A DNA stretch of 64,000 nucleotides, taken from Bacilli bacterium. GTDB taxonomy: Bacteria > Bacillota_I > Bacilli_A > RF39 > UBA660. Shown in pieces: positions 11,392 through 20,334 of this stretch. Below the pieces are notes generated by a model that had not been told where the DNA came from, made no database searches, and saw only the letters and a program-made list of their open reading frames with translations. A program made the position numbers and the translations under genes. Numbering within the stretch: the stretch's first letter is position 1; every line of letters starts with the position of its first letter. The stretch spans positions 7,835-71,834 of the forward strand of contig JAFXYF010000005.1 of NCBI GenBank assembly GCA_017541885.1, given 5' to 3'.

Positions 11392-14300
11392 GTGGTACTA
11401 GTGATTGTTTATATTTTTTATGACAATTTTTTTAGAAAAGTATTCCTTCCTGCTAGAGTAGTTGGAGTATACCCTGTTTATATAAATGAAAATCGTGTTC
11501 TCCTTAATATTGAAGCTGTTGATGGTAAATGGCATATTAAGGCTGCCGATTCTTTTTCTGTGCTTGTAAATGGTAATGAGGAAGAACATCCAGAATTGGA
11601 TATTAATAATACCTATATTATTCATAATGGAAATATTCATATATATGTTATTGCATCTTATATTTATTTTGTAGATAGTGCTAGATATAAAGCAAAAGTT
11701 AAAAACATTACATTCGGATCTAAAATTGGTAATTCTATTGTTTGTTCTAATAAATATGTTAAAGATTTAGAATATACTTTAGAGGAACAAGATGATGGAC
11801 AATGGACTATCGATGCTCAAGGGGATAATGTTTATTTAAATGATAAGCTTGTTAAAAAGGCTAATATTTTTACTGGAGATTATATCTTCTGTTTTGGTGT
11901 TAAGGTTATTTTCTTAGGAGGATATTTTATTGTTAATTCTCCTAATAATACTAAGATAGATACTGATGCTTTTGGTAGTGTTATTATTCAACCTGGTGTT
12001 GGTACTGAGAATAAGTATGAAGTACTTGATGATATGCCTTTATATGAGAAAAAGGATTATTTCTTTAAGGCTCCTAGATTTACTTCTGGTGGACAAGATA
12101 ATAGTGTAACAATTGAGTCTCCACCTATGTTTACTAAGCCAGAGGAAATGCCTGCAATACTTACAATTGGGCCTCAACTTACAATGGTTGCGATATCATT
12201 GTTCTCAATGCTAGATGTAATAATTGGCTTTATTAATGGTACAGTAGATGGTGCTAAATTCTTTTCTTCTTTAGTTATTGTTCTTGTTATGATTGTTGGT
12301 ACTGCTGGATGGCCAATGATTACTAGACTTTATAATAAGAGAAGAATTTCAAAAATTGAAAAGAAAAGAGATAAAAAATATAGAGCATATTTGGATGAAC
12401 AAGCTAATTATATTAAAACTTTAAAAGAGAATATTCGTAATAAATTACAAGAAGATTTTCCTTCTTTAGATAAGTGTCAGGCTATAATTGAACAAAGAAA
12501 AAATTCTTTATGGGCAAAAAATAATGATGATAGTGATTTCTTATATGCTTGTTTAGGCACCGGTACTATTAAATCTGGAATTAGTATTTCTGTTCCTTCT
12601 TCATCTTTTTCTTTAGATGGAGAGGATAAATTAATTACTGCTGCTAGAAGTGTAGGAGAGGAAGCTGTTTATATTGATAGTAGTCCTTTCCCATATTCAT
12701 TTACAACTAATAATATTACGGCATTATTAGGAGATAAAAAACTTGCTGATCGTTTACTTGATAATGTATTTTTACAATTTATGACTTCTCATTCTTATGC
12801 TGATGTAAAAATTGTTGTTATGACTACTCCTGAAAATGCTGCAAGATGGGATTATTTAAAAATACTTCCTCATTGTTGGAATAATCCTCATACTGTTCGT
12901 TATTTTGCAACTACTATTGAAGAGTTTAATGAATTATCTACTGAGTTAGATGCTATATTTGAGGCTCGTAGAACTGAATCTGATTTAGATATTCAAGATG
13001 ATGGTAGTGCTGATTCTGGAGCAGAACCTTATAGAAGACATAAACCTTATTATGTTATTTTTACTGATAATATCGATTCTATTAGAAATACTTCATTTAT
13101 AAAGAAAATATTGAATTATAAACGTAATTTAGGATTTACTTTATTAATTGAAAATGATTCTATTAGTACTTTGCCTGATCAAACACATGGATTTATTAGT
13201 GTTAATGATAAAGTATCTGGAGTATTTACTAATACATTAAGAATTGATGATAAAAATGAATTTAATTTGGATTTAGATACTTCATATGATATATATCATT
13301 GTGCACAAATACTTGCGAATACTCCTATACTTCTTGAGAAGGGTAAATATGAATTACCAAAATCATTATCTTTCTTGGAAATGTATAGAGTTGGTCGTGT
13401 AGAACAATTAAATTCACTAGATAGATGGAAAAATAATAATCCTACAAATAGTTTATCTGTACCTGTTGGAATTGATCAAAATGGTGAGATATTTAGAATG
13501 GATTTACATGAAAAAGTATATGGACCTCATGGACTTGTTGCAGGTACTACTGGTTCTGGTAAATCTGAATGGATTATTACATTTATTCTTTCTTTAGCAG
13601 TTAACTTTAACCCTGATGAAGTACAATTTGTACTTGTTGATTACAAGGGTGGTGGACTTGCAATGAGTTTTGAGAATAAAGAGCTTGGTATTAAGCTTCC
13701 TCATTTAGCTGGTACTATTACTAACCTTGATAAATCGGCTATTAATAGATCTATTGCATCTATTGAATCTGAATTAAAGAGAAGACAATCTATATTTAAT
13801 GCAGCTCGTGAGAAATTAAAAGAAGGACAAATGGATATTTATAAATATCAACAATTCTATAGAAAAGGAATGGTTGATACTCCAATGAGTCACTTATTTA
13901 TTATTTGTGATGAGTTTGCTGAGTTAAAACAACAACAACCTGAGTTTATGGATCAATTAATTTCTACTTCTAGAATTGGTCGTTCACTAGGTGTTCACTT
14001 AATTCTTGCTACTCAGAAACCTTCTGGAGTAGTTAATGATCAAATTTGGTCTAACTCTCGTTTTAAAGTATGTTTAAGAGTTCAAGATACAAGTGACTCT
14101 AATGAAATCTTAAAAAAACCAGATGCAGCATATTTAAAACAAGTTGGTGCATTCTATCTAGAAGTTGGTAATGATGAATACTATAACTTAGGACAATCTG
14201 CTTGGGCAGGAGCTAAGTATTATCCATCTGATATTGTTACTCGTTCTGTTGATCAATCTGTTCAGAGAATTGATGATACTGGTAGAATAGTTAACTATTT

Positions 14301-15978
14301 TGATAATGTAGATGAAAATAAAAAGAAAGCTGAAAATGCTCAAGGTGAAGAGTTATTAAATATAGTTAATTATGTTGATGCAATATCAAGGGGAGAGCAA
14401 TTTGTAAGACAACAATTATGGTTACCTAATATACCTCAAGATATTTATTTAGCTGAGATTAAGAAACGTTATAATTTCAAACCTCAAAAGATGAATTTTA
14501 CTACTGTTATTGGTGAATATGATGAACCTAGACAACAATTACAAAATATATTAACTATTGATTTAGCTGCAGGTAATATTGCAATTGTTGGACAACCTGG
14601 ATCTGGAAAAGAAATGTTACTTTCTACATTAATATTCTCTAGTGCAACAGAACATACTCCAAAAGAGATTAATTATTATATATTAGATTTTGGTGCTGAA
14701 ACTCTTAGAAAGTTTTCTAAATTTCCTCATGTTGGAGAAGTTGTATTCCAAGATGATATGGAGCGTGTTGGAGGAGTAATTCAACTTGTAATGGATGAGC
14801 TTAATAAACGTAAGGTTTTATTCCAAGATTATAATGGATCTTTAAAATACTATAATGAACATAGTGGTGAAACATTACCATTAATGTGTTTAGTTATTAA
14901 TGCTTTTGATGTATTTGGAGAAATACTAAGTAGAGTAGTAGATACTTTAAATAGTTTATTTAGAGATGCTCCTAGATATGGTATTATCTTTATACTAAGT
15001 GCATCTTCTCAAAATACTTTTAAGTCTAGAGTACTTCAATACTTTAATAAATTTATTGTATTAAATATGCAAGATGAGTCTCAATATCGTACTTTAACTA
15101 GTTGTCGTAAAGATTTAATTCCAAGTAATCTTTATGGTAGAGGTATTTGTAAGATTTATGATGATGATGATTCATATTCAGAATTCCAAACAGCTCATAT
15201 TATTGATCCAGATAAAGAACTTGCTTATTTAAAACAAGTTGCAGAAACTTTATCTAATGGATATTCTGTACGAGCTAAAAAGATTGCTACTATTCCAGAA
15301 AATGTTACTAGTGAAGATTTAGCTAAATATTTAACTACAGTAAATGATTTACCAATTGGATATAACTTCTATGAGAAAGATATTGCTAAAGTTGATTTAG
15401 GTAAGAGCAATGTTTATCCAATTATTACAAAAGACTTGAAAAACAACATTAAGTTTATTTATGGACTTGCTAATTTACTTACTAAGATTCCTAATACTGT
15501 TGTTAGAGTTATAGATGTGTTTAACATATTTGATAAGCCTATTCTTGATATTAAATTGTTTAATGATGATTTAAATGTAATATTTGCAGCATTAAATAAT
15601 GATGTTAAGGGTAGAAAAGAAACTCAACCATTAGCAATCAATATTATTATTGGTGCTGCTTCATTAAAGGGTAGACTTGATGCTACTGGAATGGAGTTTG
15701 CTAATAATATGTTTAATGGAATGATTAATTCTAAACAAAATATTTATATTTTAATTGATGAATACAGAAACTTTAAGTTATTGAAACTAGAGCCTTGGTA
15801 TAATACCATTGATACTTCTAATGGTATGTGGCTTGGTGAAGGACTTGATTCTCAATCTATTCTTCTTTCTAATGAGTTATCTCAAGAAGATAAGAAATAT
15901 AATTATGAAGGTATGGCATATCTTATTCAAGATGGAACTTACTCTTTAATTAAGACTATGATGGATGGTGATGATTAA
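11392..15978 (+). CDS. essC: type VII secretion FtsK/SpoIIIE-family ATPase EssC/YukB
   Basis: About 1525 aa. Two N-terminal FHA-like modules are followed by two TM helices and three P-loop domains (Walker A GTTGSGKSE and GQPGSGKE; the third is degenerate). A YukD-like gene follows directly. The start is GTG 11392 or GTG 11401; the AAAGGG RBS favours 11401. Confidence 0.9.
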   Translation: MVLVIVYIFYDNFFRKVFLPARVVGVYPVYINENRVLLNIEAVDGKWHIKAADSFSVLVNGNEEEHPELDINNTYIIHNGNIHIYVIASYIYFVDSARYKAKVKNITFGSKIGNSIVCSNKYVKDLEYTLEEQDDGQWTIDAQGDNVYLNDKLVKKANIFTGDYIFCFGVKVIFLGGYFIVNSPNNTKIDTDAFGSVIIQPGVGTENKYEVLDDMPLYEKKDYFFKAPRFTSGGQDNSVTIESPPMFTKPEEMPAILTIGPQLTMVAISLFSMLDVIIGFINGTVDGAKFFSSLVIVLVMIVGTAGWPMITRLYNKRRISKIEKKRDKKYRAYLDEQANYIKTLKENIRNKLQEDFPSLDKCQAIIEQRKNSLWAKNNDDSDFLYACLGTGTIKSGISISVPSSSFSLDGEDKLITAARSVGEEAVYIDSSPFPYSFTTNNITALLGDKKLADRLLDNVFLQFMTSHSYADVKIVVMTTPENAARWDYLKILPHCWNNPHTVRYFATTIEEFNELSTELDAIFEARRTESDLDIQDDGSADSGAEPYRRHKPYYVIFTDNIDSIRNTSFIKKILNYKRNLGFTLLIENDSISTLPDQTHGFISVNDKVSGVFTNTLRIDDKNEFNLDLDTSYDIYHCAQILANTPILLEKGKYELPKSLSFLEMYRVGRVEQLNSLDRWKNNNPTNSLSVPVGIDQNGEIFRMDLHEKVYGPHGLVAGTTGSGKSEWIITFILSLAVNFNPDEVQFVLVDYKGGGLAMSFENKELGIKLPHLAGTITNLDKSAINRSIASIESELKRRQSIFNAAREKLKEGQMDIYKYQQFYRKGMVDTPMSHLFIICDEFAELKQQQPEFMDQLISTSRIGRSLGVHLILATQKPSGVVNDQIWSNSRFKVCLRVQDTSDSNEILKKPDAAYLKQVGAFYLEVGNDEYYNLGQSAWAGAKYYPSDIVTRSVDQSVQRIDDTGRIVNYFDNVDENKKKAENAQGEELLNIVNYVDAISRGEQFVRQQLWLPNIPQDIYLAEIKKRYNFKPQKMNFTTVIGEYDEPRQQLQNILTIDLAAGNIAIVGQPGSGKEMLLSTLIFSSATEHTPKEINYYILDFGAETLRKFSKFPHVGEVVFQDDMERVGGVIQLVMDELNKRKVLFQDYNGSLKYYNEHSGETLPLMCLVINAFDVFGEILSRVVDTLNSLFRDAPRYGIIFILSASSQNTFKSRVLQYFNKFIVLNMQDESQYRTLTSCRKDLIPSNLYGRGICKIYDDDDSYSEFQTAHIIDPDKELAYLKQVAETLSNGYSVRAKKIATIPENVTSEDLAKYLTTVNDLPIGYNFYEKDIAKVDLGKSNVYPIITKDLKNNIKFIYGLANLLTKIPNTVVRVIDVFNIFDKPILDIKLFNDDLNVIFAALNNDVKGRKETQPLAINIIIGAASLKGRLDATGMEFANNMFNGMINSKQNIYILIDEYRNFKLLKLEPWYNTIDTSNGMWLGEGLDSQSILLSNELSQEDKKYNYEGMAYLIQDGTYSLIKTMMDGDD

Positions 15979-16232
15979 TGGATTACAAAGTATTAGTAAA
16001 ACTATTAGTACCTGAAATAGAAAAGTCTTATGAAATATATATTCCTATTAATCGTACTGTTAAAGATGTTTGTAGATTAGTTAATGAACTTGTTCACGAT
16101 GATACATCTGGAATATTTCCAATAAAAGACGATATAGTTCTTCTTGATAGATTTAGTACTGCAATATATCCTTATGATACTTATATAAGAGATACTAATA
16201 TTAGAAATGGTTCTCAAATAGTATTAATATAA
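15978..16232 (+). CDS. esaB: YukD/EsaB-like ubiquitin-fold T7SS accessory protein
   Basis: 84 aa. Its start overlaps the essC stop (TAATG). The C-terminus IRNGSQIVLI resembles YukD ITNGDRLEIL. Size and position match esaB/yukD. Confidence 0.75.
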   Translation: MDYKVLVKLLVPEIEKSYEIYIPINRTVKDVCRLVNELVHDDTSGIFPIKDDIVLLDRFSTAIYPYDTYIRDTNIRNGSQIVLI

Positions 16233-16235
16233 AAT

Positions 16236-16263
16236 AAAAACACCTCAATGAGGTGTTTTTTTT
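16236..16263. terminator. bidirectional rho-independent terminator
   Basis: AAAAACACCTC-AAT-GAGGTGTTTTT has an A-run and a T-run on either side. It lies between convergent genes. Confidence 0.85.
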
Positions 16264-17671
16264 ATCTTGTTCTTCCAATTCTAATTCCTGCTTCATTACA
16301 ATATGTATCAAAGTAGGCTTCCATATGAGCAACATCTAAATTATATTCTTCTGGTACATCATAAGTCATTCTATCTATGTATTCATCTCTTATCTTCTTT
16401 GCTGTATCATATGACATATTTGGATTAATTTTCTTTCTATAATACATCTTTGCTATATAGTCATATAAAGGGTAGAAATTCTTTTGTTCTACTTCCATAT
16501 TTTTATCATGATAGTCTTTATATTGAAGATTAATAAGGGCAAGCATTTCTATTGCTTTATCATCTCCATTTTGTTTATTAAGTTCATTTTCAAAATATGT
16601 TATATTATGTTCTACAAAATCTTGATAAGTATAATTATCTAGAGATTCTACCATCATTTCTACCATATTACTTTGTAATTGATATGCAATATCTCTTTCT
16701 GATTTATCATAAGATCTTAATGCTAGGAGAGAGTTTAGAGCTTCTTCTATTATTACTCCATCTCCTGATTTATCAGTGAATTGTACTCTTATTTCTTCTC
16801 CATTTTTCTTTATAAAACCACTTCTTATAGGGTGAGCCATTTCATGCATTATTACTTGATATTCCCATGTACCGGGTTCATATTTATAATCTTTAACAGT
16901 ATAAATAGTATTTTCATCTTTTCTATAACAAGCATATGCTGTAGCGCTTACAGCTTTTACTTTCATTTCCATTTCTTCTACTTCTAGAACTTTCATTGTC
17001 TTAAGATTTTCATACCATACTCTTAAATCCATGTTTGGGTATTCTCTTTGAAGATTATTTGCTAAATCAATATACATTGTTTTAAATTTCTTTGGAATAC
17101 TACTATTACTATTTATAGTTTCTTTTATTTTTTCATATGTAATATCTTCTTTTGGATATCCTAAAACTTCATCTAATCTACTACTATCAAGAACAATCTT
17201 CATATGGAAGCCTTCAATTAGACCTTCTACTTCAAAGTTTTCTTTTTTCTTATTTGCTTCTTCTAATATTTTGTCTACAACGTCTTCTTTGGCTTTTTCT
17301 TCTACTTTTTCTTCTGTCGTTGAAACACTATTTGTATATGGAGTTTGTACTGGCTCGTTTTGAGATATATGATTGTTGTATTCATTATCTAGCATTCTGC
17401 CACAACCAGTGGTCATCACAAATAAAGTAGTGCCAATAAAGATCATTGGTATTAGTTTTAATTTTTTCTTGTTTTTTCCTTCTTCAATTAATAAAACATA
17501 GTCTTTTGGAATAAATACATTTGTTAATTCTACTAATTCTTGAAGAGTTATATATTCTAACTTATTATTATCATTTTTTCTTACAAAGAAGTACTTGTGT
17601 TCATTATCAAGTAAATATAGATACTTTTTATCTTTATATGTGAATTCTGAAATAATATTGTATTCGATCAT
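16262..17671 (-). CDS. single-pass membrane protein with an extracytoplasmic HExxH (zincin-like) domain, uncharacterised
   Basis: About 469 aa. A roughly 75-aa N-terminal cytoplasmic module is followed by the hydrophobic segment LIPMIFIGTTLFVMTTGCG and a roughly 370-aa outer domain. That domain contains IMHEMAHP (HExxH) with EEALN about 30 residues later. I prefer the ATG at 17671 (AGGTGA RBS); the track starts at GTG 17680. Confidence 0.6.
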   Translation of the reverse strand: MIEYNIISEFTYKDKKYLYLLDNEHKYFFVRKNDNNKLEYITLQELVELTNVFIPKDYVLLIEEGKNKKKLKLIPMIFIGTTLFVMTTGCGRMLDNEYNNHISQNEPVQTPYTNSVSTTEEKVEEKAKEDVVDKILEEANKKKENFEVEGLIEGFHMKIVLDSSRLDEVLGYPKEDITYEKIKETINSNSSIPKKFKTMYIDLANNLQREYPNMDLRVWYENLKTMKVLEVEEMEMKVKAVSATAYACYRKDENTIYTVKDYKYEPGTWEYQVIMHEMAHPIRSGFIKKNGEEIRVQFTDKSGDGVIIEEALNSLLALRSYDKSERDIAYQLQSNMVEMMVESLDNYTYQDFVEHNITYFENELNKQNGDDKAIEMLALINLQYKDYHDKNMEVEQKNFYPLYDYIAKMYYRKKINPNMSYDTAKKIRDEYIDRMTYDVPEEYNLDVAHMEAYFDTYCNEAGIRIGRTR

Positions 17672-17826
17672 ATTAATCACCTATGTTTATTCTATCATAA
17701 TATGTAAACTTTATTTTTATTTTTGTAAAGTAATGTGTTAAGACTTGACACATAAATTTTAGTAGTGATATCGTTAAATTGTAATGATAAATTGTGTGTT
17801 AGCGTATAGGATAGGAGGGATTGGGA

Positions 17827-18177
17827 ATGCAGAACGAGGAAAATGTTAGTTTATGGATTAATGAAGAGAATCTTGGATCTTTTGCGATGAATTTGTTAAC
17901 CACATCAGAAGATGTATCTGAAATCTTCTCATCTATCGATAAAAAGATGGAAGCATTAAAACTCTGTTTTGATGGATCAGAATATGATCATTTGATGTCT
18001 AAGTATCGTGATTTTCGTAAGAATTATTCAGTTGCTAAAAACAATATTGTTTCTTATTCTGATGACTTAATTGCTCTTATTAATAAGGTTAGAGCTGGAG
18101 ATAAGAATATTGCATTTTTACTTGAGCAAATGACTAAATATGCTAACGAAAAAGCCAAAGAAATTGAAAATAAATAG
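17827..18177 (+). CDS. small helical WXG100-like protein (degenerate motif F-D-G)
   Basis: 116 aa, predicted all-helical. CFDGSEYD occupies the position of the hairpin turn. GGAGGG RBS. First gene of a six-gene array next to essC. Confidence 0.5.
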   Translation: MQNEENVSLWINEENLGSFAMNLLTTSEDVSEIFSSIDKKMEALKLCFDGSEYDHLMSKYRDFRKNYSVAKNNIVSYSDDLIALINKVRAGDKNIAFLLEQMTKYANEKAKEIENK

Positions 18178-18188
18178 GAGGTGTTTTG

Positions 18189-18500
18189 ATGGCTTTAGAT
18201 TTAGAACAATCAACAATTGGATACGACAGATCTGCTATGGAAAGAACATTACAAAATGTTCATAATGATTGTGTTTTACATGCACAAACAAAACTTAGAA
18301 ATAGTTTAAATAATCTAAGTGAAGATGTAAAAAAATGTTGGGCTGGACAATCAGCTAGAAACTTTATGCTTAATATGATTACTGATGTAGATCAAATCTG
18401 TAAAGGATTAGATGCTGCATACGATGGCCTTGAGGGAGAATTTAAGATGGTTTTATCTGGATTATCTCAAGTTGATCAAGAGCTAATCGAGAGACGATAG
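18189..18500 (+). CDS. WXG100-family (EsxA-like) protein
   Basis: 103 aa with a central W-x-G motif (KKCWAGQSARNF) between two helical halves. AGGAGGTG RBS. Confidence 0.8.
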   Translation: MALDLEQSTIGYDRSAMERTLQNVHNDCVLHAQTKLRNSLNNLSEDVKKCWAGQSARNFMLNMITDVDQICKGLDAAYDGLEGEFKMVLSGLSQVDQELIERR

Positions 18501-18512
18501 GAGGGAATAATA

Positions 18513-19100
18513 ATGAATGATGCTTTAGATACTGCAAAGGATATAGTTGCAGGTGCTAGTGATTTAGTTGGATCAGCAGTAGGAGGAGTTGCAGGTGCTG
18601 TTAACCAAACAGGAAAATCTGCAGTTAAAAATGGTATTTCTCCTTTCTTACAGTCTATTGGTGATGCTATTGGTGGATTTGGAGCTCAATTAAGTAATAA
18701 AGCTGCAGTAAATAGTAATAATAACCTTAGATTTCAAACTCAAGTTGGTGGATTTGTTGCTAATGTATTTGGTGATGATTTTGCCGGAGTTAGTAATTTT
18801 GAAGATTTAAAAGAGGCTATTTCTAAATATTCTCGTGAAGTTCAAGAAATTGTTAAAGAATATGATGAAAGAGCAAGACTTGATACTACTTTTAAAGGTA
18901 AAGCTGGAGAAGAATTACATACTTTCGTTGAAGCTACAAAAGAATTATTAAATGCTTATGTTAAATTAATTGAAAAATGGAATGAAGAACTTGATGATGC
19001 TTATGCAAGATATCAAGCTGGAGACGTTCAAATTCAACAAAATGTTCAAAGTGATGCTCAAGCAGTTCAACAAGCTGCACAAAACGTATCTCTTGGATAG
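18513..19100 (+). CDS. 195-aa protein with an N-terminal Gly/Ala-rich glycine-zipper segment and a C-terminal WXG100-like helical hairpin
   Basis: GxxxGxxxG occurs at G20/G24/G28 (LVGSAVGGVAGAV), followed by GDAIGGFGAQL. The C-terminal roughly 100 aa is helical with FKGKAGEE at the turn and a Gln-rich tail. GGAGGG RBS. Confidence 0.6.
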   Translation: MNDALDTAKDIVAGASDLVGSAVGGVAGAVNQTGKSAVKNGISPFLQSIGDAIGGFGAQLSNKAAVNSNNNLRFQTQVGGFVANVFGDDFAGVSNFEDLKEAISKYSREVQEIVKEYDERARLDTTFKGKAGEELHTFVEATKELLNAYVKLIEKWNEELDDAYARYQAGDVQIQQNVQSDAQAVQQAAQNVSLG

Positions 19101-19130
19101 TTAAAAAAATAATATATTGGAGGTGTCGCT

Positions 19131-19430
19131 ATGTCTGTTAACTCATGCTATGAGGCAATAGGTAGATATAATGCATTAAAAGTTAGTCTTTCAAATGTTG
19201 TAGGGCAACTTAATGCTGCTCATTCGAGAATATCTCCTGTACCTGGAGCAATTCTTTCTTCTTATAGTGTGAATGAAAATAAGACACCTATTGTTGGAAG
19301 AGTTGAAGCTCTTGATAAAGACATAGCGGACACAGCCAATTATATTTCTAAAACTGTGATACCTGCTATTGATAAAGCTATTTCTCAAAAGAGAAAAGAA
19401 ATGACTCAATTGCAACAGGAAGAGTCTTAG
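19131..19430 (+). CDS. small helical protein in the T7SS substrate array (hypothetical)
   Basis: 99 aa with a GGAGGTG RBS. No W-x-G; it has a Pro/Gly turn (SPVPGAIL) in the middle. Confidence 0.5.
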   Translation: MSVNSCYEAIGRYNALKVSLSNVVGQLNAAHSRISPVPGAILSSYSVNENKTPIVGRVEALDKDIADTANYISKTVIPAIDKAISQKRKEMTQLQQEES

Positions 19431-19440
19431 GAGGGGTATT

Positions 19441-19734
19441 ATGAAAGTTGATACTGTTGAGATGAAAAGTATTGCTGGTGAGATTAATCAATTAGCAGTA
19501 CAATATCAAACTAAGATTTCTCAAATGTATAATAAAATTGCACAGATGCCTACAGTTACAAAAGAGTGGACTGGAAATAAAGCACAAGAATATGTTTCAT
19601 ATGTAATGTTAGATAAAACTGATATGATGATTGTAGGAGATAGAATTAAGGACTTTGCTAGAGATATTATTGATACAGCAAATAGAATGGAAAGTTTTGA
19701 AACTACTGCAAGAGGAGATGAGACTGATGACTAA
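19441..19734 (+). CDS. WXG100-family protein
   Basis: 97 aa with a central W-x-G (TKEWTGNKAQEY). GGAGGGG RBS. Confidence 0.8.
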   Translation: MKVDTVEMKSIAGEINQLAVQYQTKISQMYNKIAQMPTVTKEWTGNKAQEYVSYVMLDKTDMMIVGDRIKDFARDIIDTANRMESFETTARGDETDD

Positions 19735-20038
19735 GATTATTTATCCTGAGTCTGATACTTTAACTTCTTTAGTACGTAATTCTATGAATGATACTTTGCA
19801 AAGTTTAAATAAAGCTCAAAGTTATTGTTCTTATTTAATTCCTAAAGATTTTCAATACCTAAATTATGTTAATAATTTAGGTGGAAAAATTGCTGGATTT
19901 AGTAATGAACTTAACAAGTGTTATAGTGCTTTAGGAAAAGTTGATAGAGATTATCAAAACACTTTATCATTAATTCATGAATCTTGTGAATTATTAGATA
20001 CGAGTACTATTCCAGAGAGAAGTAGACTTATAAAGTAG
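19727..20038 (+). CDS. small helical protein in the T7SS substrate array (hypothetical)
   Basis: 103 aa counted from ATG 19727, which overlaps the stop of the previous gene (ATGACTAA). The track start at 19655 would overlap the upstream CDS by 80 nt. A terminator follows. Confidence 0.5.
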   Translation: MTKIIYPESDTLTSLVRNSMNDTLQSLNKAQSYCSYLIPKDFQYLNYVNNLGGKIAGFSNELNKCYSALGKVDRDYQNTLSLIHESCELLDTSTIPERSRLIK

Positions 20039-20065
20039 AGATACAGGTTATGTATCTTTTTTTAT
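20039..20065 (+). terminator. rho-independent terminator of the WXG operon
   Basis: Stem AGATAC/GTATCT followed by a T-run. Confidence 0.7.
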
Positions 20066-20118
20066 TGCATTTAAAAGGCTTTTATGATATCATATTGGTG
20101 TTGTTATGGAGGGATTTT

Positions 20119-20334
20119 ATGCAAATTGCTTTATTAATTATATCAATCTTATTAATAATTATTGTATTATTACAAGGTGCTAAATCTGATGCAGGTCCTC
20201 AAATTATTTCAGGTGGTCAAAGCGAATTATTTATGAATCGTAAAGAAAGAGGATCAGAATTAGTTATTACAAGAATAACTATGACTTTAGGATTTGCTTT
20301 CTTTGTATTGTGTTTAATATCAATGTTTATTTAA
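20119..20334 (+). CDS. secG: preprotein translocase subunit SecG
   Basis: 71 aa (MQIALLIISILLIIIVLLQGAKSDAG...), a typical SecG. GGAGGG RBS before ATG 20119. The conserved neighbourhood secG-rnr-smpB supports the call. Confidence 0.85.
   Translation: MQIALLIISILLIIIVLLQGAKSDAGPQIISGGQSELFMNRKERGSELVITRITMTLGFAFFVLCLISMFI

Noticed and set aside
19655-19726. Longer forms of the last WXG-array gene (start 19655) and of secG (start 20050)
   Set aside because: The extensions overlap the preceding CDS or a terminator and lack an RBS. The internal ATGs at 19727 and 20119 have proper RBS or coupling signals and give products of typical size.
17827-20038. LXG-type polymorphic toxin and immunity module in the T7SS locus
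   Set aside because: No ORF exceeds 195 aa, none has an LXG-like N-terminal domain followed by a variable C-terminal toxin domain, and there is no run of small immunity-like genes.
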